A program made the position numbers and the translations under genes. Source: Glaucostegus cemiculus (lineage: Eukaryota). Taken from it: a stretch of 64,000 nt of DNA. Positions within the stretch are counted from its first letter, which is position 1. Every line of letters begins with the position of its first letter. Positions 24,301 through 36,300 of the stretch are shown piece after piece. The stretch spans positions 6,386,001 through 6,450,000 of the forward strand of contig CDPCPM010000043.1 of assembly GCA_976551045.1 (NCBI GenBank), given 5' to 3'. The notes under the pieces were generated by a model. That model ran no database searches. It was given only the letters and a program-made list of their open reading frames with translations, and was not told the origin of the DNA.

Positions 24301-27300
24301 CTGGGATAACTTGGCTGGAGGTGAGTTTACTTCTGGAGCCTGCCACTACAGCTGGGTGTCATTGTGACCCAAAGCCAATGTTGTGAGCTCTACCTTGATT
24401 TTGTGTGAGTGCCTGGATCTTTGGATACTAATTTTCTGTGATGGCAGTTCCAAAGGGTGCCTAGTTTTTGGGATGGCTTGGTTCAAGATGCTCATTTAAT
24501 GAGCATTGTGACTAGGTGATACAGTAAGTTTAGCCTTGTTCAAGCAACGGATTCTGGGATAGTCCCACGTCTGTCGGCATTAGAACAGGAATAAAAAAGT
24601 ACCTGTAATTTGCTTTCTACAACACTCCATGCCAGCTTTGTTCTCAACAGAGGCAGATGGAGTAAATGCAGATGCAGAATGATCTGACATAGATTGATGC
24701 ATTTGAGTTTCTTTTTTCCTACCCCCTCTTGCACCTCCCTTCACCCTGCTAACCAGTTATTGTTTGGGAGGGTCCGGACTGCTCTTCTGCTCTCCAAACA
24801 ACCACTGGTGGTGAGGGGTGGGGAACCAGTTCATTTTCTTCAGTAACGTTCCAAGGTGTCACTTCCAGGCTCCAGGGGTCTGGAACTCTCTGCCTAAACG
24901 ACGTAGAAACATGCTAGAGCATGCCTGAAATCTCTTTTGAACAGAGGGAATGATGTCCTTCTCGCTAAATGAAAGAGTCTGGATGCTTCAATTGGCAGCT
25001 TCACCTCCTAGGCGTGATACTTTCCCCATCCAGGAGCAAGGGTAAAGATTGTTCTGATTCTTTGCCACCCCCCCTCCCCCCACCGACAATCTGTATAAGA
25101 CCTACAGATACTGAGTTACGATGATCACATAGTTTGCCAAAACATTGACTGGCACCTCAGTCCTGAAATAATGAAAATCTATGTTTCTCACAGTGTGCAC
25201 GAGCTGAGGGAGAATGTCTCAAAGGATCACGAGACCCTGAAAAAGAAGGAAATGGAGGAGGGATCGAAAGCATCGTATGGTTATGGTGGCAAGTTTGGGG
25301 TCCAGAGAGATCGAATGGACAAGGTGACTGGTCATTCCAGATTTCTGTATGTTCAACTTTGGTTGTAACCGTTTGATATGGACACATAGTGATGTGAGGA
25401 AATAATGACCTATTTGCAAGTACAAATCATTCTAGATGAGAAATGGAGCAAGCTACAGTTAGGAGAAGGCGCATGTTAGAACAAGTGAGGCAACCTTCTA
25501 GAGTAAGATCAGGACTGTGGGAAAAGAAAAGCAGGGTTCACTAAGATAGCAGAAAGACTGTTCCAGAGCTGCAGCACATGACATTAGGTGCTAGAATAGG
25601 AACAGAAACATGCCGGATGGGTACAGGAAGTTATCTGGACATGGAGTGGCTAGAACAAGAAAACGCTAGGACAAACTGGAGAAGGGTCAGGACAGGAGAC
25701 ATCCTGTCACTTTCAGCAATGGAATCTGGGATGAAGGGGGAGTGAGCTGCGGCAGCTGAGCAAAGAGAGGAGATGGAGGGTGAGCACAGAGTGGGAGCTG
25801 GAGGTTCATCTGCAAGTGGGAATTGGTACTGCACAAGCAATGAGTATTGTTGGTGAACAGAGAGTGAGGGATCGTGGATTACCAAGGAGTAGGGGTTGTG
25901 GGTGAACAGCAAGTGCGGGTTGTGAGTGAGCAGGGAGTGGGGGAAGTGGATGAGCAGATAGTGGAGTTCAGCAATGAGAAGGGTGTGGAGACTGGCAGTG
26001 AGTGTTGGATGTGAACAGAGAGCAGGGGTTGACAGTGAGCAAGGACCAGGGATTGATGAGGCAAGGGTATTATCCGGGACTGGCTGGTGAGCCAGGAGTG
26101 GTGGAGTGGCTCCTCTCGTTGTTCCCAAAGCTCACAATTTCACAGTTACCCTCAGTAGATCATTCCCACCCACTGGTTGTCCAGGGTCTGTGGAATGCAG
26201 TTACTGGGGGCTCCTGAACTTGGTGAGTACACTGTTGTAATCCCCGGTATGTCTCCTCTTCCAGTCTGCCTTAGGAAATGAGTACGTGGCTGATGTGGCA
26301 AAGCATTCATCACAGACTGATGCAGCCAAAGGATTTGGTGGGAAGTATGGAGTACAGAAAGATCGGACAGACAAGGTAAGGGATTAAAAAGGTGATGTTA
26401 TATTTGATGTCTGGAGGGGTTAGGTCCAACATGATTGTGAAAACAGTGGATATTGGATGAGCTAGAGACCTCTAACCTCTGGGACATGGGCTTTGATCCA
26501 GTGCAGAAGAGTGGAGATCTGCAGTCTGACTGCTGTTGAAATGAATCAGTTGTCAGTTTGGATTCTCTCACTCCAGTGTCAATGGATTCAGCTGCTCATA
26601 TTCACCTTTCAGGATAATGGAGATGAGAAATGGAAGGCTAGTAAGTTCTGGAATTGGGGTTAATGCTAATTTTTAAAGGAATTTTGGGAAGCTTTCCTGT
26701 TCCTACTGATGTTGTAACTGTACAGGAAGTGTTTGTTGGGACATTGTAGAGGGAGATTTACTCTGTATCTAACCTATTTTTTAGTCAGATATTCTCTAAT
26801 CATTCCACTTGTGCTAACCCAAGCCTGAGAATGTTTGACAGGACAGTGAGAAAGGATGGTTTACTGTGTATCTAACCATTGTTTAGCCTGCCCTGGACAC
26901 ATATGATAAGATATGTTGTGAGAGCTTTATTCTGCAGCGATATGACATTTATGTTGGGTATTAAAATTGTGCACAGCTTAACAGTGGTTAGAATTTTACA
27001 AATATTTACAGTACTGTGTAACACGGTTAAAGTCTTGGGCTGGGGTTCTTTTCTTTTTTTATACAAGTTAATTGTATAAAATTAGCTTGGAATTCCAAAT
27101 GTAATATGAACATACACCATTAAAAGGTACAAGGACATTACATTGCCTCCTGTCAGTAGGTAGTTCCTGCATTCATAGCTGGACCAGTCGGTACAGCCAA
27201 TCAGGGATACCAGTCCCCTTGTGTCTCCCTCAAATATTGGTTAGGACCGGGGGTGGGGGTGGGGGGGTTGATTGACCGGAGAATGTTTGAAAGGGCAGTG

Positions 27301-30300
27301 AGAGGGATCTTTACTCTGCATCTAAGCCATGCCTGGTGGTGTTTGGTGGAACAACCTTGAAGGAGCACACACGTAAATAACAATTTGTAATAATATACTG
27401 GGCTGAACATAGTAACAATGGAGGATTAGGAGGCAATGATGTTATGGAGAGAATGTGAGCAGGTTGAGGTGAAGGATAGGAATAGAAGGTGGGGAAGTTA
27501 TTGGGTCAATAGCCCATTTACTTTCCTAAACATTTGCTCTTTCTAGGTTGACTTAATACTTGATTATTTCCATGATAACTCAGTCCTTTCACTCTCTCCT
27601 GCAGTCAGCCATGGGGTATGAGTACAAAGGAGAAGTGGACAAGCATGCTTCACAAAAAGGTAAACCATACCTTTCTCCCTCTGAAAGGGGGAGGAGAGTG
27701 CATGGAAAGGAATACCAAATTCCACACAGGATCAGATCCATGTCAGCATTCTTTTTATGCCATGTGATATTCTCTCTATTTACCCAAGGAATGAATGATA
27801 CCAAGTTTGATACTCTCTATGTTTACTTGGTGGAGTGTGATACTCTCTCAAATTAATCAGGCATATGATACTCACGATATTCACCCAGATGTATGTGATA
27901 CTTCCTTCATTTACCCAAGGGTGTGATATTGTATTTATTTGCTCAGTAGTGTGACACTCACTATACTTACCCAGTGCTGTGATACTCTATGTTTATCTAG
28001 TGGAGTGATACTCCCTGTACTTATTTAGGGGTGTGGTATTTCTCAGTATTTATCCAGGAGCATGATACTCTGTATTAATCTGGGCTGTGATATTCTGTAT
28101 TTATCCACTGAAGTAATACTCTCTGTATTTATCCATGGGTGTGATTGTCTTTGCATTTGCCATTGGGATGTGATGTATTTATTTACCCTACACTTGTGGT
28201 ATTCTGTATTTACTATTAGTGGGGTTTGATATTCTCTGTATTTACCTGTGGGTCTGATACCATCTTTATTTACCAGGTGGTATAGTGCTCTCTGTAGTTA
28301 ACCAAACTTGATATACTCTTAACATTTCTTCTCTCTTAGATTATGCCAAAGGATTTGGTGGAAAATATGGAGTAGAAAAGGAGAAGGTGGATAAATCTGC
28401 TGTGGGATATGACTACAAGGGAATGATTGAGAAACATGAGTCACAAAAAGGCAAGTTCATTAGACAGACACTCTGCCCACTCACACAATGGTCTCTCTCA
28501 ACACATAAGCTTGTTTCATAGGAACATGAGTGGGTTCATCATTTGCTGAAGACTTTTCATGGCTGATCTGTATCTTAACCTTATTTCTCTGGATTGATTC
28601 TGATTCTGGTAATACATAAGAAAAATCAATCAGTTTCAGTTTTGAAATTTTGAAGCCTCAACACATTTTTGTAGGGAGAGATTTCTAGATTTTCTCTACC
28701 CTTTGTGTGAAGAAATGCTTCCTAACATCCCTACTCAGTGGCTTTCTATACTAGTTTCCATTTGTTTTGCACTCCCCCATCAGAGGAAATGCTTTGCTCT
28801 ATTTACTTTATCAAATTATTTAAGGAATTTAAACATATCAGTTATATCATCACTTAATTTTCTATACTTGAGGGAGTAGGATTCGAGCTTCTGTAGTGTG
28901 ACCTCATAAATTTATTTATTTAGCCCCAGTATCGTTCTAGTGAGTTTATGAGGTGTTCCTTCAAAGCTAGTGTATCACTTGCTGGGATGTAGTTCCTAGA
29001 ACTGAATACAATATCACAGCTGGGTTCTACCCAATCTGTACAGATTTGATATAACTTACACTCCTTTAGATCTAAAACTTCAACATAAAAGGCCATTACT
29101 CCACTGGGACTTTTTAATGATTTTTGTACCAATGTACTAACTTTCATGTATGTAGATCTTTTTTTCTGTTCCTTCATGGTTTTCAATCCCTCCCCATTTA
29201 GAAAACCAATTATTCAGTTTTTCATTGGTCCATAGTTGATGGCCTCACATTTTCTACTTTAAACTATGTCTGCCACAGCTTTGCCCACTCACCCAAAATA
29301 TCAATTCCCCTATTCAACTTTCTGCACCAATCTTCACTATTTACCTGTCACTTAATGTAGTATCAGCAGGAAACTTTGGTATATTGCTCTCTAGTACTTT
29401 ATCAAAGTCTTTTATAAATATAATTGAAAGTTATGGGAGTAATGCATATCGCAGGAGATACCATGAGTCACATCTGGTTGATCTGAAAACATTATCATTA
29501 ACTTCCTCTCTGTTTCCTACACCGCCCCCCCCCAAACAAATACTTTATCCCAGCCAATAGGGTTCCTTCCAATTCCATTATTGCTAAAAGTCATCCTGGT
29601 AATCCATGTGAATTGTTACTCAAAATAACAAAAAAACAGATGCTGGAAATCTTAAACAAAAATAGTGAAATGCTAGAACATGCAGTAGATCAGCTAGCAT
29701 CTGTGGAAAATTAAAGAGTTAACGTTTCAGGTTGAAAATTCTTTGACCATAGCTACTCTTTTTTTTCAACACGTTAGATACTTCCTCTAAAAAATTCATT
29801 TACCCTTTCCGAGCCCATATAATCACTAGATCAGTACAAATTTGTCTTAATGCTCACTTTATCCTCAATAACAGTCTGTAGTAGCTTTCTCACAACTTAC
29901 ATTAAACTAAAAGGCATTTATTTCCTAGTTTATCTTTCTTACCCTTACTACATATTTGAAGTGACAGTGGCATCTTGCTACTCCAAAGGTTTCTGAATCA
30001 AAAGAATCTTTGAAGGTTGTGACTAGTTCAGCAACAGTATTTCTTAACTCATAACGGGGACCTGGAAATTTGTCTGTCTTTAATTTCCTTAATGTACTCA
30101 GCATCTCTTCTTAATTTACTGAGTTTAGTTAGTTCTTTCCTTTAATTTTTGGTTTCCCTAATATCTTTCTTAAGCCCCATCCTCTCCTGTGAAGACAGAT
30201 ACAAAGTAGCTGTCTAGAAAGTCTATAAATTCTTGATTTTCTAGTACAATATCACCTGACTTTATCTGCAAGGTGCCTATTATTGTCAGCCAACCTTTTT

Positions 30301-33300
30301 CTTTAATATGCTCATTATAGACTTTGAAGTGCACAGTATCACTCAAAAGTCTTTTCTTTAGTCCCCTTCTGCAGCTCTTACATTCTTTATATCCCTTTCA
30401 TGTTTTTTATATCTCTCAGAAAACGTGATCAAGCTCTACATGTACACAAAAAAAAAACAGTGGAGCTTGATCATACAGAATGAGAGACAGAAGGCTATCG
30501 TCCATCAGTGTTATTTAATGGCTCGAGCGGAGTTTTTGCTTTTTAGGGCTGATATTCTGCCAAATATTACTTGTACATTATTTTTGCCCAGACATTTGCC
30601 CTTTAATATGCTTATGACAACCTTTAATATTATCCCTGATATTGCTCCTGCTTTTCGTTTGCAGCTTCATCGATTTGTGGTTAAGGATATAATTAGTTTT
30701 AAAGTAGGCGATGAGTAGGTTAGTAAATTTCAGGAAGATATAGTCAGAATGACAGATTTGCAGAGACATGGCACATTTAATGTTGGAAAAGTGCAATGTT
30801 AGCCTTTGTGAGAAATACGCAGTGACAATAAATCTATTTTGAGGGATGGAGACATGGGGCACATATTCATAATTCTTTGACGGTTCCTCGCCGAGTGTGG
30901 GATACTTGGTTTTGTAAACAGGAACATTGATACAAAAATTAGGAAGTAAGGCTAACCCTTCACAAATCTCTGATCAGGTCTCAGCTGGAGTATTGCGAAT
31001 AATTGAGGAAGGATATCAATATCTAGAAGTTGATACAAAAGAGGCTTATGAGAATGATACCAAGAATGTGAGAGCTCATGCGGAAAGATTGGAGAAACTA
31101 GGATTTTGTCCCAGGATAGGTGAGAGGAGCCTTAGAAAGGGTTTCCCAAATTATGGAGAAACTATTACTTCTGGAATGTGGAACATTAGGCACAAAAGGG
31201 ACAAATATGAAATAATTGGCTAAATAAGTAAAGGAGGAATGAGGTGAAATATCTTTGTACCAAATGTTTTTAAGATTTGGAATGAGCTACCAGAAAGGCT
31301 GTAGAATCAGTTCTCAGAAGAAAATTATCTATACACTTGGACAGGAATAACTAGCAAGGTCATAGAGGAAAAGCTGGGATGTGGGTACAGTTCTTTCCAA
31401 ATTCCAGCAGTAATGAAATGAACAGCCTCTCTGCCGTGTAAGATATTTTCTGTGTTTCCCTTGGGCATGATTCTCTCTTTAATTATCCAACAAGGGGAAG
31501 GGTGATGCTGTTTGTATTTACCTGGAGGGCAGTTGGGGTAGCACTCACTCAGATTCCCCAGGACCATGTCTCTTTTTCTATTCAGCTGGGGGTTGATCTT
31601 TATTTTTCGGGTTGGGGAAGGAGCTGTAAACCTCACAGGGTGTGATCTGGGTGTGTGATACTCTATATTTATCAGGAGGTGTAACATAGTTGGTATTTAC
31701 CAGGTTAGGAATCCTGTGAAAATCTTCTTCTCCCCTAGATTATGCTAAAGGATTTGGTGGCAAATATGGAGTAGAAAAGGAGAGGGTGGATAAATCTGCT
31801 GTGGGATACGACTACAAAGGAGTGACTGAGAAACACGAGTCACAAAAAGGTATGTCCATTAAGCACACTTTTTGTCCACGGGATAGTGCCTTCCAGGTCT
31901 CACACGAGATGACACGATGCAACCCTTCTCCATCTCCAACCCTCATACAGGACAACATCTTGCAATCCCACTCCTCATTTCCTCCATCTCATTCACACAG
32001 GACGGCCACTCGCAATCCTACTCCTCACCCCTACCTCACACAGCGTAGCACCTTACAATCTGATCTATCCACCCCCACCCCACTACCACCACACCACTTC
32101 ACCCACAAAGGATAGTGTCTTGTAATCCCACTGCTCCCATTCCACTCACACAGGATGGCATCTTGCAATCTTACCGCCCAACCCATCCATCCACTTACAC
32201 CGGATGGTGTCTTGCCAGCCCACCCTTTTCACCTTCACGCACTACATAGTTTCTTACAATCCCACTCCCCCTAATCACACTTTCATTTCTTTATTCCCAA
32301 TACCCCTTGGACAACTCCCTCCCATCTCTCCCCTGAAGATGCTTTTGGTGCCTTCAAAAACGTGGTCAGGATTGTAGGGAAGAAGGTGAAATATCTGGGT
32401 GTTCCCCCTCCTGACCTAACTCCCTCTCTGGTCCTCTGCACTAAAACCATGGGATCAATGCAATTGCTTTGCAGATTATGCAAAAGGATTTGGAGGAAAG
32501 TTTGGAGTACAGAAGGATCACCAGGATCAGGCTGCCCATGGATGGGACCACAAGGAAGAGGTGAAACTGCATGAATCCCAGACAGGTGAGGGCCAAGTGA
32601 ATGAAGTGCAGACCTGCTGAACACTCTCAGAATGGATATTATAGAAAGTCCTGTAGTTTTTCTATGTTCTATTATAGAAAGTGGGGAGAAATCAGATTAC
32701 AGGAGAGATCTTCAGTGAGGTGGGACTGTCCCCACCACCCCCTCACTCTCACCCATCCACAGACAAGAGCTACTTCTCCATGACTGACCTCACTTACTGT
32801 AGGGTGCATCAGTGAGCCAATCAGCTTCGTAGTCTTTCTTGCCATCTCAGTCCACCCAGATTTGTATGCAAAACCAGAGGAACAGGTATCGCTGAATCAG
32901 AGCAAGAGGAAATTAAGGAGATATCTCTCCTAAAAGGCCTCAAGTTTGGGATTTTTACCTTTTCGACAGCCACTGTGTCCAACATATACATTGTTTTCAA
33001 AGTCTCCCTCAAGCCTCCATTAAGTCTCTTTCCTGTTCAGTATTTCTCAATTGGTGTATCCTTGTAAATGTTGTTTGTACCTTCTCCTGTGCCCTCTCTA
33101 TAGTTTATGGAATAGACACATTATCTTCAGTGCAGCCTGACCAGGCTCTATATAGGTTTAATATAACATCTAACTTCAGAATTCTATCCTTCAAAAAATA
33201 AATCTCTATTTTATCAGCATTTCTAATTGTTATGCTGACATGATCCCATATTTAATGATTTGGTCTGTAGCATCCCTTTACTCTTCTACCATCCTATTTT

Positions 33301-36300
33301 ATACTTTTGAAGATGTTTGTGATACAGGAAGTCCCCAACTTATGAACGCCCGACTTACGAATGCTCATAATTATGAACTGACCTTCGTGGTCCGACTCTC
33401 GATTCTACCACGGCGGTGGTACACCTTTGGCCAGGGAACCCCGGGCCAAGTGCGCATTTGTGGCTGGGGCTATGTGTGACCATGATCTCCAGCGCGAGTG
33501 CGCGTGCATTGACACTGTTCTGAGTTACATACAAAATCGGGTTACGACCAGTCTCAAAAACGGAACTCGTTTGTAACCCAAGGACATCCTGTATTTCTGA
33601 TTTTCCTACCAAAGAGCGTCTTGAATATCTGGAGACACTCCCTCCCCCCTCCACTTCCTGCTCCCCCCATGGTATATCCCCAGACTCTAACAACCAGACA
33701 ATTTTCCAGGATGAGCCCACCCACCAAACATCAGCTTTGTCCTCTTTGGGATTCTCCTTAATTGCCAATCATGCTCGCCATCACTCCCTTTAGCTCAGTG
33801 CAGACCCCCCCAGACCTCAGTGGCAACAGACTGCCTGAGAAGGAGATGGTATCAGCAGCCGTTTGGAAATCTAAGAACATGACTTCTGCATCAAAAATTC
33901 CTGTATCATTCATATCACTGATGTTAAAGTGACTTGTCTGTAGTTTCCAGTTGTTATTATATTCCTTTTTGTACAGACGGATTATTTGTTACCCACCAGA
34001 GTTCTGTTATTGTCTACTTCACCTGTGGATTGATTCAAGAGGCTGTTAATGTGTTATCTGGTGGGATTAAGTGGAAAGTGATTGAGTTTGAGTTTCCAAA
34101 GAGAACTGCCATTCATGATAACACGGCAGGATGAACACACAACAGCTCATCGAGAGTTGGTATATCTTTCAGTTATGATCTGATTAAATCGTTGAACCGG
34201 GCTGAGGGGCTGAATGGCCCACTCGGCTTCCTATTTACATGCACTTGCTTTTCAGTGTCTGATGAAGCCATTCTGGTTAACTGATCTGGTTTTTCACCAC
34301 GGGTTCTTGCTCCTAGTGACTGGCTTGTACATTGGCAATGTAACATTGTTCATCTGTCTTCTATCCATCTTGCTTTTGCAGATTACGCTAAAGGGTTTGG
34401 AGGGCAATATGGGGTGCAGCAGGACCGGATGGACAAGGTAGGTCCTTAAAGAATCTAAAGGCAGACTTCAACTATCTGTAACAAAGCAAGGAATTGTTGC
34501 AGATTTATGCAATGCTTCCCCTCCTTCCTAGCACTGTGAACCTTATCCTTACATCCCAGTCTTACAATGAACTACAGACACCAATATTCCAACTCACAAC
34601 ACTGTGAATCTGGTGCCTTCATGTTCCCATGGCAGTGACAAGCCATATCTGCAATAGCACTTTTCTGGTCATGGACATTTGTGCCTCCTTATATCTCCTA
34701 TTCATATAACTTTAGTAATTTCACCTTTATCTTCATTGAAATTTGCTTTTGACTGTCAGTTTATCTCAGATGGTAGTACTCTCACTTTAGAGGGTCATGG
34801 GTTCAAGCCCCTTCCCAGGACTTAAGAAAATGACCTGGGCTGACATCATCATGTTGTATTCATAGTCATAAAGCCATAGAAATATACACTACAGGAACAG
34901 GCCCTTTGGCCCACATGTCCATGCTGAACATCAATACCCATCTATAGCAATTCCATTTACCAGCGCTTGGTCTACAGCCTTTCTCTGCCTTAGTGATTCA
35001 ACTGCTTATTTAGATACTTCTTAAATGTTGTGCGAGTTCCTGCCTCTACCATCCATGCAGGCAATGCGTTTCAAATTTCAACTACCATCTGGGTGGGAAA
35101 AAAAAATCTTCTTTCGATCCCCTTTAAACCTCCACCCACTTCTTCTAACTTGTGGTCTCTAGTTTTAGACATGTATGCTATGGAGAAATCTTTCTTACTA
35201 TCTACCTTATTGCCCTCTCTGCTAAGTTCCTCCGCAGCCTTCTCTGCTCCATACAAAACAAACTCAGTCTCTCTAGACGCTCCCAATAATTGAACATCCC
35301 AAGCAATTTCCTGGTGAATCTCCTCTGCACCCTCTACAGAAGGAGCAGCGTAGCCACAAGAAGTGTTAAACTGAGACCTAGCATTAGAAGTATAATCAAG
35401 ATAACGAAAGAGCACAGAATTGGAGGTGCCTTTGTGATATGGGTTGGAAATTGGTTGGTGGAAGCAGATGGAGTTGTAGTAAAGGTAATCTTCTCCGATT
35501 GATCACGTGTGAATTTTCGTGGAATCTGGGTGTCCTGGTGCATGATTTGCAAAAGGTTAGTATATAGGTGCAGCAAAGCTAACAGAATGTTACATTTATT
35601 GTGAGATGAGTTACATACAAAAGTAAGGAGGTTGTGCTTCAGTTACAGAGGGCACTGCAATCACATCTCGAGTACAGTATTGGTCTCCTTATTTAAGGAA
35701 GGATGTTAATGCAGTGGAAGCAGTTCAGAGAAGATTTACTATCCACTGGGTGAAAAAGAACCTTCAGATTTTTTTTACTATCTACCCTACATTAGGCCAT
35801 CCCATAGGGTGAACTGGCCTGAGTGACTCCCACGCTGTGAGTGGCCCCAAGCCACAATGAAGTGCAGGCTGATCAAGGCACCCGTCATCACAACACCGAG
35901 CTAAAATCTTTTAAAATAAAAAGGTTGCAATCTGTGAAGGACCACCAGTGATCAAAGAAGGGGCAGGTTGTCCAATGAGGAAAAGTTGAACAGGTTAGGC
36001 TGGAGTTTTGAAGAATGAGAGGGGAACATGACATTTAAAATCCCAAAAGGTCTTGGTGAAATGGATGTTGAAATAATCACGAACTACGTTTTAAAGTTCT
36101 CAGAGTGTTTGGATCTTTTTCTGAAAGAGCGGTGGAAGTAGAATTTTTGAATATTTTTAAGGGAAAGGTATTTAAACAAGGGATGAAAGGTTACTGCAGG
36201 GAAAAAGAAATGCAGAGTTAATATTACAATCAGTTCAGCTATGAATGGCCAGGTAGGCTTGAGGGACCGAGTGCTCTGCTCCTGCTCATAATTTAGCTCT

